A stretch of DNA of 64,000 nucleotides from Gemmatimonadota bacterium (GCA_965116475.1 OZ220691.1:3355077-3419076), one strand, 5' to 3'; counted from the first letter of the stretch, positions 9,444 through 20,973 are shown. Notes: generated from the letters alone by a model not told the origin. A program made the numbers and translations.

Positions 9444-9478
9444 ACACTGCACGCAACGAACCTAACCCCAACAGCAAG

Positions 9479-10687
9479 CTACGCGATTCGGGCGAAGCGG
9501 TCGCCGAGGGTTTGGAGGCGGGCGGCGGGTTCGTTGCTGAATACGAGGCGGAGTTGGTGTTCGGCGTCGGGGCCGCCCCAGGCGTCCATGGGTGTGGCGG
9601 CGACGCCCGCGCGGGCGAGGAGCCGTCCGGAGAGCTCGCGGGCGGTGAGGCCGAGGGGCCGGGTGTCGACGAGGAGCGACCAGCCTCCGGCGGCGGGGCG
9701 GACCGGGTAGTCCCGGAGCGCCTCCAGCACTGCGTCCCGGCGCCGCTCCCAGCGCCGCACGCTCGCGGCCACATCCTCCGCTTCGTCCGCGGCGGTCAGC
9801 GCGGCCAGCGCGCCGGGCTGCCCGATCCCGACGCCCGTTACGACGTTGTAGATCCCGACCTTGGCCACATCCGCCATGACGACGGCGGGCCCGACGATCC
9901 AGCCCGTGCGCCAACCGATCATGCGGTGCTCCTTGGAGACCGAGCCCACCGTGAGCGTGCGGTCGCGCATGCCCGGGAGGCCGGCCGGGTGCAGGTAGGG
10001 ACGGCCGTCGTAGAGGATGCGCTCCATCGCGGCGTTGTAGATGAGCCACAGGTCGTGACGCTCACACAGCGCCGCGAGGAACGCCCAGTCGTCGGCGTCG
10101 AGCACGCCCCCGGACGGCATGGACGGGTTCATGATGAAGAGCGCCCGGGTTCGGCTGCCGACGCACCCGGAGAGGGCGTCGAGGTCGAGGCGCCAGCCCC
10201 CTGCGGAGTCGAAGACCCAGGGTGCGAGCCGGGGGAGCGCACCCGCCAGCCGCACGCGCTGGAGCATGCCGGCGTACGTGGGGTCGGTGAGGATCACCTC
10301 GTCGCCCGGATCCACCGTGGCGAGCAGGGCGTTGAACAGGCCTTCGGTGCCGCCCGCGGTGATCACGCACTCCCGGTCCGGGTCGTATTCCCGCCCGGCG
10401 AGCCGGCCGACGTGCCGGGCGGCCGCCGCGCGGAGGTCGGCCCGTCCCGTGAAGGGCAGGTAGCTGTTGGCGGCCGGCGAGTCGAGCGCGGCGCGGGTGG
10501 TGGCCACGGCCGCCGCGGGCGGGCGCAGGTCGGTGTCGAGGTTCTCGAGCCGGAGGATGCCGGAGTCGCCCGCCGCCGCCCGCGCCACCCCGTCGATGTC
10601 GAACCCCGGAATGCCCTTCAGCCGCCTGGGCGGAGTACGCGCGCTGCCCTCCGCGGCGCTCCCCTGCCTGCCCTCCGCGGCGCTCAC
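9479..10687 (-). CDS. Pyridoxal phosphate-dependent aminotransferase (class I/II)
   Basis: PLP aminotransferase fold I pattern including the SVSKEHRMIGWRTGW lysine region; about 402 aa. Confidence 0.75.
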   Translation of the reverse strand: MSAAEGRQGSAAEGSARTPPRRLKGIPGFDIDGVARAAAGDSGILRLENLDTDLRPPAAAVATTRAALDSPAANSYLPFTGRADLRAAAARHVGRLAGREYDPDRECVITAGGTEGLFNALLATVDPGDEVILTDPTYAGMLQRVRLAGALPRLAPWVFDSAGGWRLDLDALSGCVGSRTRALFIMNPSMPSGGVLDADDWAFLAALCERHDLWLIYNAAMERILYDGRPYLHPAGLPGMRDRTLTVGSVSKEHRMIGWRTGWIVGPAVVMADVAKVGIYNVVTGVGIGQPGALAALTAADEAEDVAASVRRWERRRDAVLEALRDYPVRPAAGGWSLLVDTRPLGLTARELSGRLLARAGVAATPMDAWGGPDAEHQLRLVFSNEPAARLQTLGDRFARIA

Positions 10688-13265
10688 CCGCCCATCCTTC
10701 GCTGCAGCGCGTCGAGCGCCGCCATGAGGTCCGGCTCGTCCGACAGCACGCCCAGAAGCGGATCCGCGTCCAGTTCCCGGGCCCTCTCCGGCATCGTGTG
10801 AATCGTGAAGTCCTCCATCGAGAGCCCCTCTCCCACCTCGGCCCAGGCCAGCGGCGCCGATACCGTCGCCCCGGCGCGCGGACGGACGGAATAGGGCGCC
10901 ACCACGAGCCGTCCGCGGCCGTTCTGGACGTAGTCGAGGTAGATCTTGCCGTCTCGTCCCGCCGGGTTCCGCACGATCGTGGCCCGGCCGGGGATCTCCG
11001 CCGCCACCGCCTTCGCGAGGAGGAGCGCGAGCGTGCGCGACTGCTCATAATCGAGTTGCCCCCCGAGCGGGATCATCACGTGGATGCCAGAGGACCCGCT
11101 CGTCTTCGGATAGCTGGGCAGCCCAATCTCCTCGCACATGTCGCCGATCGTGCGCGCGACCTCTACGACGTCCTCGAAGGGAGCGTACACCTCCTCGCCG
11201 TCGCGCTTGTGCTTCGGATCGAGGTCGAGCAGGCACCAGTCGGGGCGGTCCAGGCTCCCGATGCGGCTCGCCCACACGTGCAGCGGGATGGCCCCGAGGT
11301 TCGCGACGAACACCAGCGTCGCCGGGTCATCGGCGATGAAGTAATGGATGTCGCGCTCGGAGCCCTCGCTCCAGATTGCCTCCGTGCGCACCCATTCGGG
11401 CTGGAATCCCGGCGCGTTCTTCTGGAAGAAGGATTTTCCGTCGATCCCATCCGGATAGCGCGTCAGCACGAGGGGCCGGTCCTCCAGGAACTTCAGCAGC
11501 CACGGCGCGATGTCGCGGTAGTACGCGATCAGATCGCCCTTCGTATATCCCTCCTCCGGCCAGAACACCTTGTCCAGATTCGAGAGCGGCAGCTCCTCGA
11601 CGGGCGGGGGCGAAGTGTCGACGCGCACCGGGTCCGCGAGCGCCGCGCGCGGGTCGCGCGGAAGCCGGCAGTCCGTTGGGAGTACATCCGTGAGGCCCAG
11701 GAAGACGGCGTGCCGAAGCAGGCCGCCCTCGGTGACTTCCTTGTAGCGGATGTCCGCGACGAGGCGGGGCTCGACCCAGGTGTGTTCGTCTCCGGCGGGG
11801 CCGGGGTCACGAACGCGGGGGCATCCGACGTCAGCTCGTCGAGCCGGGTCCGGAGGGCTGTCAGCGTCTCGTCGTCGAAGCCCGTCCCGACGCGGCCGAC
11901 GTAGTGCAGGGCGAGGTCGTCGTCGCCTGCCGACGCTCCCGCTGGCGAGTCGGCGGCACCGTAGGCGCCGAGGTGGAGCGCCCCGAAGCCCGTCCGCGAG
12001 CCGGCCGGGCTCGTGAAGCCGACGATGACGAACCGGTCCCGGCGGGCCGCGTGGATCTTCCGCCAGTCGGGGGAGCGGCCGCCGGCGTACCGGGAGCTGG
12101 CACGCTTGGCCATGATCCCCTCCAGGCCCATCTCCTGCACCTGCCGAAGCAGCGCCTCCCCACAGCCCTCGAAGTGTTCGCTGAAGCGGATCGGACCCGC
12201 CTCCGGCACCGCGTCGCGCAGGAAACGGCGCCGGTCGGAGAGCGGAAGGTCGCGCAGGTCGTGCCCGTCGAAGGCGAGGAGGTCGAAGGCGTAGAAACTC
12301 GCCGGCGCCGCGAACGAGGCCCGCCGGATATCGAGCGGGCGCGAGAGCCTCGCGCGCTTCTGCAGGCGCCGGAAGCTCGGGTACCCCGCCGCGTCGTGGA
12401 CGACGACTTCGCCGTCCATGACGACCCGCCGGAAAGGGAGTTTGCGCAGAGCCCGCGCGATATCCGGGAAAGTCGGAAGCGCGTCGTGTCCGTTGCGCGT
12501 CAGGAGGCTTGCCTCGCCGTCGATCGCCGAGGCCAGCATGCGGTAGCCGTCGAGTTTGAGTTCGAAGTGCCACGCCGGGTCGTCGAACGCATCTTCGCGC
12601 GGCTGGGCGAGCATGAACTCCACATCCGAAGGGTCGACCGGCCGCTCCGGCGCGCCCGCCGCCTCGAGGGCCGCGGCCACATCGTCCCCCGGATACCAGC
12701 CCTCCTCCCGCCGCGCCATCTGCTCGACGGTAAGCCCGGACAGGATGGAACTCTCGGGGAGCGACCCGTCCCCGAGGATTGGGTGCCCGCCGCGCCGCTC
12801 CCGGATCAGCAGCCACTCCTTCCCCGTCTCCCCCTTCTCGATCCGCACGAGCGTCCACACACCCTTGAGCTTGTGGCCTCGAAGCTCGAACAGGAGCTTG
12901 CCCTTCTCCAGCCCCTCCTCCGGATCCTCGAGCATGATGCAGCGGCCGATGTCCCACACGATCATCTCGCCGCCGCCGTACTCGCCGGCCGGAATCACGC
13001 CCTCGAACTCGATGTACTCGACCGGATGATCCTCGACGTGAACGGCGAGTTTCCTGTCGGCGGGGTCGGCCGAGATCCCCTTCGGCACCGCCCACGAGAC
13101 GAGGACGCCTCCGATCTCCAGGCGCAGGTCGTAGTGCCGCCGGGTGGCCGCGTGCAACTGGACGACGAAGACGCCGACACCCGTCGCGGGCGCCCCGCCG
13201 AAGGGCTCCGGCGTGCGCTCGGAAGCTCGCTTGTCCCGGTATTCCTCGAGTTTTTCGCGGGGCAT
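10684..13265 (-). pseudogene. ligD: ATP-dependent DNA ligase LigD (phosphoesterase-ligase-polymerase order), frameshifted near 11790 in this sequence (pseudogene or assembly error)
   Basis: N-terminal phosphoesterase domain, ligase KxDG motif (ELKLDGYR) and ligase OB fold (WVEPRLVADIRYKEVTEGGLLRHAVFLGL), then the polymerase domain. The reading frame changes between ...DAPAFVTPAPPE and HTWVEPRLV around 11786-11800, inside a G-run. The two frames are 11786-13265 and 10684-11800. Confidence 0.6.
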
Positions 13266-13308
13266 GCTCGCCGCACCCCTCCCGATGCTGGTTCCGGTCC
13301 GCCGGCTT

Positions 13309-13338
13309 CGGATTGCCCGCGCTCTGTGCGACAATCCG
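13309..13338. promoter_or_regulatory. Inverted repeat CGGATTG-N16-CAATCCG in the divergent ligD/ku intergenic region
   Basis: Read directly from the sequence in the 166-nt divergent promoter region. Function unknown. Confidence 0.2.
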
Positions 13339-13431
13339 GGCCGCAACCTATTATTCCGCCCCCCGGTTCGGCATCAGAGCCGGGGCCTGGCATCGCGCCG
13401 GCGGTTCGGCGCGCACACGGAGAGGCGCAGC

Positions 13432-14274
13432 ATGTCACCCCGACCCATCGCGACGGCGACGATCTCGTTCGGGCTCGTTTCGATCCCGTGCCAGCTCTAT
13501 TCGTCCGCCGAGAACTCCCACAAGGTCCGCTTCAACTTCCTCTCGCCCGAGGGCACCCGCGTGAAGCAGCAGTACGTGGACGCCAAGACCGGAGAACCGG
13601 TCGAGCGCCGCGATCTCGTGAAGGGTTACCAGTTCGCGAAGGGCCAGTACGTGACGTTCAAGCCGGAGGAACTGAAGGCGTTGGAGGCGGAGGCGACGCA
13701 GGCGATCGAGATCGTCGAATTCGTCCCGGTGGACCAGGTCGAGCGGGCGTATATCGGTAAGACGTACTACCTCGGACCTGCGCGGGGAGGAGACAAGGCC
13801 TACCGTCTCCTCGGAGCCGCGATGAAGCAGACGGGCTGGGCCGCGCTCGCAAAGTACGCGGCGCGCGGCAAGCAGTATCTCGTTCTCGTGCGGCCGGTCG
13901 GAGATCACCTCGTGCTGGAACAACTGCACTACGCGCACGAGGTGCGGGACATCGCCGACGTGCCGTCGGGAGAGGGCGAGGTCGCCGAAGCGGAACTCGG
14001 CCTCGCCGTGCAGCTGATCGAGCAGATCGCCTCGGAGAACTTCGATCCGTCGAGGTACGAGGATGAGGTCGGACAGCGCATGCTCGAGGCGGTCGAGCGG
14101 AAGGTCGCGGACGGCACGGAGATCACCGCGCCCGTCGAGGAAGAGACGACGGCGCAGGTCATCGACCTCATGGCCGCGCTCCGGGCGAGCGTCGGCGGCG
14201 CCGGCGAGACGGAGGCCGGGAGCGGAGACCAGGCGGAGAGCGAGTCGGAGCAGAAAAAAGCCACAGGGTCATAG
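13432..14274 (+). CDS. ku: Ku protein (bacterial non-homologous end joining)
   Basis: MSPRPIATATISFGLVSIPCQLYSSAENS...YQFAKGQYV... is a canonical bacterial Ku core. It lies divergent from ligD. Confidence 0.85.
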   Translation: MSPRPIATATISFGLVSIPCQLYSSAENSHKVRFNFLSPEGTRVKQQYVDAKTGEPVERRDLVKGYQFAKGQYVTFKPEELKALEAEATQAIEIVEFVPVDQVERAYIGKTYYLGPARGGDKAYRLLGAAMKQTGWAALAKYAARGKQYLVLVRPVGDHLVLEQLHYAHEVRDIADVPSGEGEVAEAELGLAVQLIEQIASENFDPSRYEDEVGQRMLEAVERKVADGTEITAPVEEETTAQVIDLMAALRASVGGAGETEAGSGDQAESESEQKKATGS

Positions 14275-14283
14275 GAGAGTCCG

Positions 14284-16803
14284 ATGCGGGTTCGATCCGT
14301 CGCGCTGTTCGCGTCCATCCTGCTGTTGCCGGTGTGGCAGGGTTCCGGAAAGCCTCTGCCCCCCGCCCCGACCGTCGACGACCTCCGGACCGGCCTGCCG
14401 GACCGGGTCGCCGCCTTCGAAACGGTCGATGCGGAGACGCTGCGGGTGCCCGGGCTCGAGGCCGGCGTCGAGATCCTCAAGGACCTGTGGGGCGTGAGCC
14501 ACATCTACGCGGAGACGGAGCACGACCTCTTCTTCGCGCAGGGGTACAGCGCCGCGCGCGACCGGCTCTTCCAGTTCGAACTGTGGCGCCGCCAGGCCAC
14601 CGGCACGGTCTCCGAGATCCTCGGTTCCCGTGAGCTGGAGCGCGACCGCGGCGCGCGGCTGTTCCGCTTCCGCGGCGACCTGGAAGCGGAACTGAACCAC
14701 TATCACCCGCGCGGCGCCGACATCATCCGGGCCTTCACGGACGGGATCAACGCGTACATCGCCGAGACCGGGCGCGATCCGGACCTGCTGCCCGTCGAGT
14801 TCGAGATGCTGGGGATCCGTCCGCAGCCATGGACGCCCGATGTCGTGATCTCCCGCCACCAGGGCCTGCTCATGAACATCGGGCAGGAACTCGATCTCGG
14901 GATCGCCGTCGCGGCGGTGGGCGCGGAAAAGGTGAAGGAGGTCTCCTACTTCCATCCGGGGGAGCCGGACATCGATCTCGACCCTGCGGTCGACGGGTCG
15001 CTTCTGCGGCGCGAGATCCTCGACGTGTACCGGGCGTTCCGCGGACCCGTCCGGTTCCAGCCCGGGGACATCGATCCCCGCTTCCGCGCCACCGCGTCCG
15101 ACGCGGAGGCCTTCGCCCTGCGGACGCTCCGGGAGGAAGCCGAGGCCGAAGCGTACGAAGCGGAACGCCTCGAGGCGGAGCGGATGGGGACGGGCAGCAA
15201 CAACTGGGTGGTGGCGGGGAGCCGCACGCTGAGCGGCCACGCGATCATGGCGAACGACCCGCACCGGGTGCAGGCGGCCCCCTCGCTGCGCTACCTGGTC
15301 CACCTCGTCGGACCGGGCTGGAACGTGATCGGCGGGGGCGAGCCCGTCCTCCCCGGCATCTCGATCGGGCACAACGGGTACGGGGCGTGGGGACTCACCG
15401 TCTTCCAGACCGACGCGGAGGACCTCTACGTGTACCGCACCCACCCGGACGACCCGGACCGCTACTGGTATCAGGGCGACTGGGAGGCGATGCGGGTCAT
15501 CGACGATGAGATTCCGGTCGAGGGGCGGGACCCGGAGCGGGTGCGGCACCGATACACGCGGCACGGACCCGTCGTGTACGAGGACCGCGCCAACGACCTG
15601 GCCTACGCGGTGCGCGCGGGGTGGATGGAGATCGGCGGCGCCCCCTACCTCGCCAGCCTGCGCATGAACCAGGCGAAGACGTGGGAGGAATTCCGGGACG
15701 CCTGCAACTACTCGAACATCCCCGGCGAAAACATGGTGTGGGCCGACGTGGACGGGAACATCGGCTGGCAGTCCGTGGGGATCGCGCCCATCCGCCGCAA
15801 CTGGTCGGGCCTCGTCCCCGTGCCGGGGGACGGCCGCTACGAGTGGGACGGCTACCTCGAGATCGTACACAAGCCGCACGTGTTCAACCCCGACAAGGGG
15901 TTCTGGTCGACGGCGAACCAGAACCTCGTCCCGCCCGGCTACGAGCACCGCGACGCGGTGGGCTGGAGCTGGAGCGACCCCTTCCGGAGCGCGCGCATCG
16001 ACGAAGTCCTCGCGACGGGAAAGCGGTTCACGATGGCGGAGATGATGCAGCTGGCGACGGACTACGTGTCGCTCCCCGCGCGCTCGCTGGTGCCGATGCT
16101 GCGCGGCGTCGATCTGCCCGCCGCGTCGGCGTCGGCGCGGGGCGAGCTGCTCGACTGGGATTTCGCGCTCGCCCCGGAGTCCCGCGAGGCCGCGATCTAC
16201 GTGTCCTGGGAGCGCGAGCTGCAGCGGCAGATGGTGCCGCTCGCCGTGCCCGCCGAAGTCCGCGCGTCGCTGGGGCGCCTGTCGATGAAGAAGATCATCG
16301 ACTGGCTCGGTTCCCCGCCCATGTGGTTCGCACCGCTCGGAGACGGGGATCCCGTGGCCGGCCGGGACGTCTTCCTCGCCCGCACCCTGGGCGACGCACT
16401 GGAGGGACTGGAGGATCGCTTCGGCGGCGACCCCTGGCGCTACGGCGACGTGCGCTTCAAGCACGCCCGGTTCCGGCACCCGCTGTCCGGGATCGTGAAC
16501 GCCGAGATGCGGGCCCGCCTTGAGGTGGGGCCGCTCCCGCGCGGAGGCAACGGCTTCACCGTGAACCAGACGGGGGGCGGGGACAACCAGACGTCGGGCC
16601 CGTCCTTCCGGATCATCGCGGAGGCGGGGGACTGGGACACGGCCGTGTTCACGAACACGCCGGGGCAGGGCGGAGACCCGGACGATCCCATGTACCGCAA
16701 CCTGTTCGAGGGCTGGGCGAAAGACCGCTTCTTCCCGCTCTACTACTCCCGCGAGCGCGTGGAAGCCGCCGTCGCCGACCGCCTGATGCTGACGCCGAAC
16801 TAG
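14284..16803 (+). CDS. Penicillin amidase/acylase family Ntn-hydrolase (possible acyl-homoserine lactone acylase), exported
   Basis: Signal peptide, then alpha subunit, spacer and beta subunit starting at the nucleophile SNNWVVAGSRT. About 839 aa, like PvdQ/QuiP-type acylases. Confidence 0.75.
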   Translation: MRVRSVALFASILLLPVWQGSGKPLPPAPTVDDLRTGLPDRVAAFETVDAETLRVPGLEAGVEILKDLWGVSHIYAETEHDLFFAQGYSAARDRLFQFELWRRQATGTVSEILGSRELERDRGARLFRFRGDLEAELNHYHPRGADIIRAFTDGINAYIAETGRDPDLLPVEFEMLGIRPQPWTPDVVISRHQGLLMNIGQELDLGIAVAAVGAEKVKEVSYFHPGEPDIDLDPAVDGSLLRREILDVYRAFRGPVRFQPGDIDPRFRATASDAEAFALRTLREEAEAEAYEAERLEAERMGTGSNNWVVAGSRTLSGHAIMANDPHRVQAAPSLRYLVHLVGPGWNVIGGGEPVLPGISIGHNGYGAWGLTVFQTDAEDLYVYRTHPDDPDRYWYQGDWEAMRVIDDEIPVEGRDPERVRHRYTRHGPVVYEDRANDLAYAVRAGWMEIGGAPYLASLRMNQAKTWEEFRDACNYSNIPGENMVWADVDGNIGWQSVGIAPIRRNWSGLVPVPGDGRYEWDGYLEIVHKPHVFNPDKGFWSTANQNLVPPGYEHRDAVGWSWSDPFRSARIDEVLATGKRFTMAEMMQLATDYVSLPARSLVPMLRGVDLPAASASARGELLDWDFALAPESREAAIYVSWERELQRQMVPLAVPAEVRASLGRLSMKKIIDWLGSPPMWFAPLGDGDPVAGRDVFLARTLGDALEGLEDRFGGDPWRYGDVRFKHARFRHPLSGIVNAEMRARLEVGPLPRGGNGFTVNQTGGGDNQTSGPSFRIIAEAGDWDTAVFTNTPGQGGDPDDPMYRNLFEGWAKDRFFPLYYSRERVEAAVADRLMLTPN

Positions 16804-17297
16804 GTCTGCTCGAGATAGAAGCCGATGAGGCCCTGGTTCCGGGGTGGATCGGCGCCGAGCTGGCGGAGCATCGTCGTCACCTGACCTCGGTGGTAGGTCG
16901 CGTGGTTGACGACGTGCTGCAGCATGTGCCAGAAGACGGCGCGCATCGGTTTGCCATCGAAGAACCGGTAGTCCATCACGCGGTGGATCTCCTCGGGACC
17001 GAGTTCCGCGACGAAGCGGCGGACACGCGCCTCCTCCTCCAGCCAGCGCGCGCGAATGTCGCCCGCCGTCTCGAAGCCGGCGGCGGGCAGATGCTCTGTC
17101 GGGAAGTGTCCCCGCCAGCGTGAACACCAGACCCATTCGGCCGATACGACGTGGGCGAGCGTGTCGCGGATGGAGCCGAAGCTGCTCCCGAGGTCCCGGC
17201 GGAAGTCCTCGGGCGAGATGCGCTCGACGGCGTCCAGCGTGCCGTCGCGCGCCCAGTAGTGGAAGTCGAGCAGGACGATCAACGCATCGTAGGTCAT
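16800..17297 (-). CDS. DinB family (damage-inducible, DinB/YfiT-like) protein
   Basis: [18 protein letters not shown]...[13 protein letters not shown] is a DinB-family signature. Confidence 0.65.
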   Translation of the reverse strand: MTYDALIVLLDFHYWARDGTLDAVERISPEDFRRDLGSSFGSIRDTLAHVVSAEWVWCSRWRGHFPTEHLPAAGFETAGDIRARWLEEEARVRRFVAELGPEEIHRVMDYRFFDGKPMRAVFWHMLQHVVNHATYHRGQVTTMLRQLGADPPRNQGLIGFYLEQT

Positions 17298-17457
17298 GGT
17301 TGAGAGTCTACCTTCCGCCAGCGCCGGGCGCACGATCCCGGAAGTGCAGCCGGGAGTCCATCGCGCGTTTGCAGCGGCGGCGCCGCTCCGGCTAGGTTAC
17401 AGGGCTGTTCCGCAGACGCCTCCGCCGGGAGGCAGACAACCAGCGTGTGGGGAAGAC

Positions 17458-17748
17458 ATGAAGGCAGGCATACATCCGGAGTACGCGCCCGCGAAGATCA
17501 CCTGTGCGTGCGGCCGGGAAACGGAGACCGCCTCGACGGTGGGCGAGATCCACGTCGAAATCTGTTCGCACTGCCACCCCTTCTTCACGGGGCGGCAGAA
17601 GCTCGTCGACACGGCGGGTCGCGTGGAGCGGTTCATCGCCAAGTATGGCGACCGGAGGGCCGGCCGCGACAACGAGCAAACGGAGCAAAAAGCGGCGGAG
17701 GAGCAGGAAGCGGCGGCGGAGCAGGAAACGGTAGCGGCAGAGGCCTGA
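17458..17748 (+). CDS. rpmE: 50S ribosomal protein L31 (zinc-binding type) with Ala/Glu-rich C-terminal extension
   Basis: [19 protein letters not shown]...[10 protein letters not shown]... Confidence 0.85.
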   Translation: MKAGIHPEYAPAKITCACGRETETASTVGEIHVEICSHCHPFFTGRQKLVDTAGRVERFIAKYGDRRAGRDNEQTEQKAAEEQEAAAEQETVAAEA

Positions 17749-17775
17749 GCCGGAGGCGTCCGGCGCTCGACACGA

Positions 17776-18860
<1,085 letters not shown>

Positions 18861-18864
<4 letters not shown>

Positions 18865-19778
18865 TCGATCCGCCGCCGGGCGGGGCGGGGCGCCGCCCGG
18901 CGGGCCCGACGCGGCGGGAGATCGTGCAGGGCGTGCGGCGTGAACTCGAACTGGCCGGATTGGAGTCGCCGCGGGTCGAGGCCGAGCGCCTGGTGGCCGC
19001 GGCGCTCGCGCTGCCCGTGAGCGAACTCGGCCTCGCCGGCGGGGAGCGGGTCGATCCGCCGGGCGCGGCCGCGGTAGCGCGCGCGGTGTCCCGCCGCCTC
19101 GAGGGGCAGCCGCTTCAGCACATTGAAGGCACGGTCGACTTCCGGCGCGTCCGCCTCGTGTCGGATGGCCGCGCTCTCATCCCGCGGCCCGAGACCGAGC
19201 AGCTGCTCGACCTCGTCGCCGCCTGGCACCGCGGCCGGGGCACGCCCGTCGACGCACTCGACATCGGCGTCGGATCGGGCGCCATCGCGATCGCGCTCCT
19301 CGACGAGGGCATCGCGGGCCGCGTCGTCGGGCTCGACGTATCGGAGGCCGCGCTCGACCAGGCCCGCGAGAACGCCGGGCGGGCGGGCGCCGAGGGGGTC
19401 GAACTCCGGCGCTGTCCGCCCGACGTATGGTCCGCGCTCGAGACCGGCGAAGTTTTCGATCTCATCATCTCCAACCCGCCCTACGTCGCGACCCCGGAAT
19501 GGACCGCCCTCGACCCCGTCGTCCGGGACCACGAGCCCCGCGCCGCGCTGGACGGAGGAGAAGACGGACTGGACGTGATTCGCACCGTCGTCTCCGGCGC
19601 CGCGGCCCGTCTCCGGAAAGGCGGCGCCCTCTTCCTCGAAATCGGCATGTCCCAGGGCCCGGCCGTCCTGGCGCTGCTTGAGGCCGAGCCGATCCTCACG
19701 GACTGCCGCGTGCGCGTCGACCTTGCCGGCCGGCCGCGATTCGCCTCGGCGCGGAGGGGGCGCTCCGACGAGCAGTAG
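18861..19778 (+). CDS. prmC: Release factor glutamine methyltransferase PrmC/HemK
   Basis: NPPY motif (ISNPPYV) and SAM-binding [11 protein letters not shown]. The start overlaps the prfA stop (ATGA). Confidence 0.85.
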
Positions 19779-19951
19779 CCCCCGGCCGTTCAAGTCGCGT
19801 GGGGGTCGAAGCCGGGTTATACTCGGGCGTCGAATCGTCGGCCCGGGCCCGCGGATGGCGAGCGGGAAGGGCACGGGATTCGAGCCTCCGCCCGCCGCCG
19901 GCCCGACGTGCCGGCCCGGGGTGCTTCCCGATTCCGTTTCGAGCCGGAGAC

Positions 19952-20320
19952 ATGGACGAGCGAGACCGCATGCTGGAGAGGGCGCAGGACCTGGGGCGCC
20001 TCATCTCCCAGTTGCCCGAATACGCCTACCTGCGGGCGGCCCGCCGCGAGATCGACGAGGACCGCGACGCGACGGAGTTGCTCAACCGGATGCGCGACTT
20101 GCAGAGCGCGCTCATGGAAGCGGTCGGCCGCGGCGAGCAGCCGAGCGAGGAGCAGGAACGGGAGTTCGCGGAACTGCAGGAGCAGGTCCAGACGAACACC
20201 CGCTACCAGGCCCTCATCTCTTCTCAGGCAAACTTCGAGAAGCTCATGGAACGGGTGGATCGAGCGATCGGGGAGGGAGTCCGGAAGGGCGAGGAAAGCA
20301 GGATCATCCTTCCGACATGA
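19952..20320 (+). CDS. YlbF/YmcA-family regulatory protein
   Basis: About 122 aa, helical, with the AYLRAARREIDED...ELLNRMRDLQ pattern of YlbF-family proteins. Its stop overlaps the next start. Confidence 0.5.
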   Translation: MDERDRMLERAQDLGRLISQLPEYAYLRAARREIDEDRDATELLNRMRDLQSALMEAVGRGEQPSEEQEREFAELQEQVQTNTRYQALISSQANFEKLMERVDRAIGEGVRKGEESRIILPT

Positions 20321-20973
20321 GAGCGGCCCGCGACCTGGGGGAACGCGCGCTGCGCGCGATCTTCGAGCCGGCCATGGCGTGGCTCACGAGACGCCGCGTC
20401 CACCCCAACGTCATCAGCACGCTCGGTTTCGTCATCACCTGCAGTTCCGGCTACTTCTTTCATCAGCATCATGTGAGCACGGCCGGCTTCCTCGTCCTCC
20501 TCGGCGGCGTGTTCGACCTGTTCGACGGCACGGTCGCGCGCCGCACGGGCCTGGCGTCGTCCTTCGGGGCCTTCTACGACTCGACGCTCGACCGGCTGTC
20601 CGAGATCGTCGTGTACCTGGGACTTCTTTCCCTGTACAACGACTACCGTCTCGAACTGGGCGACGTGGGGATGATCTACTGGATCGTGCTCGCGCTCGCC
20701 GGCTCGCTGATGATCAGCTATACCCGCGCCCGCGCCGAGGCGCTCGGCATCGCCTGCTACGTCGGACTCATGCAGCGTCCGGAACGGGTCATCCTGATCG
20801 GCTTCGCCGCGCTCATCTTCGGCGAGACAACCATGTTCGGACACCAGGGCCTCGTGCTCAGGGTCGTGATCATCGTCCTCGCGATTCTCACCAACCTGAC
20901 CGCCTTCCAGCGGATCTGGTGGGTGTACCGGAATACGCGGCCCGACGGCGAGCCGCCCCCCCAGTCGAACTGA
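20317..20973 (+). CDS. CDP-alcohol phosphatidyltransferase (phosphatidylinositol-phosphate synthase-like)
   Basis: Motif DGTVARRTGLASSFGAFYDSTLD matches D-G-x2-A-R-x8-G-x3-D-x3-D. About 218 aa, multi-pass membrane protein, directly upstream of inositol-1-phosphate synthase. Confidence 0.75.
   Translation: MRAARDLGERALRAIFEPAMAWLTRRRVHPNVISTLGFVITCSSGYFFHQHHVSTAGFLVLLGGVFDLFDGTVARRTGLASSFGAFYDSTLDRLSEIVVYLGLLSLYNDYRLELGDVGMIYWIVLALAGSLMISYTRARAEALGIACYVGLMQRPERVILIGFAALIFGETTMFGHQGLVLRVVIIVLAILTNLTAFQRIWWVYRNTRPDGEPPPQSN

Noticed and set aside
7769-9478. Looked for integrase, transposase, flanking direct repeats or a tRNA target around the AbiE island
   Set aside because: None are present. 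The island is called only on composition and gene content, not as a mobile element.
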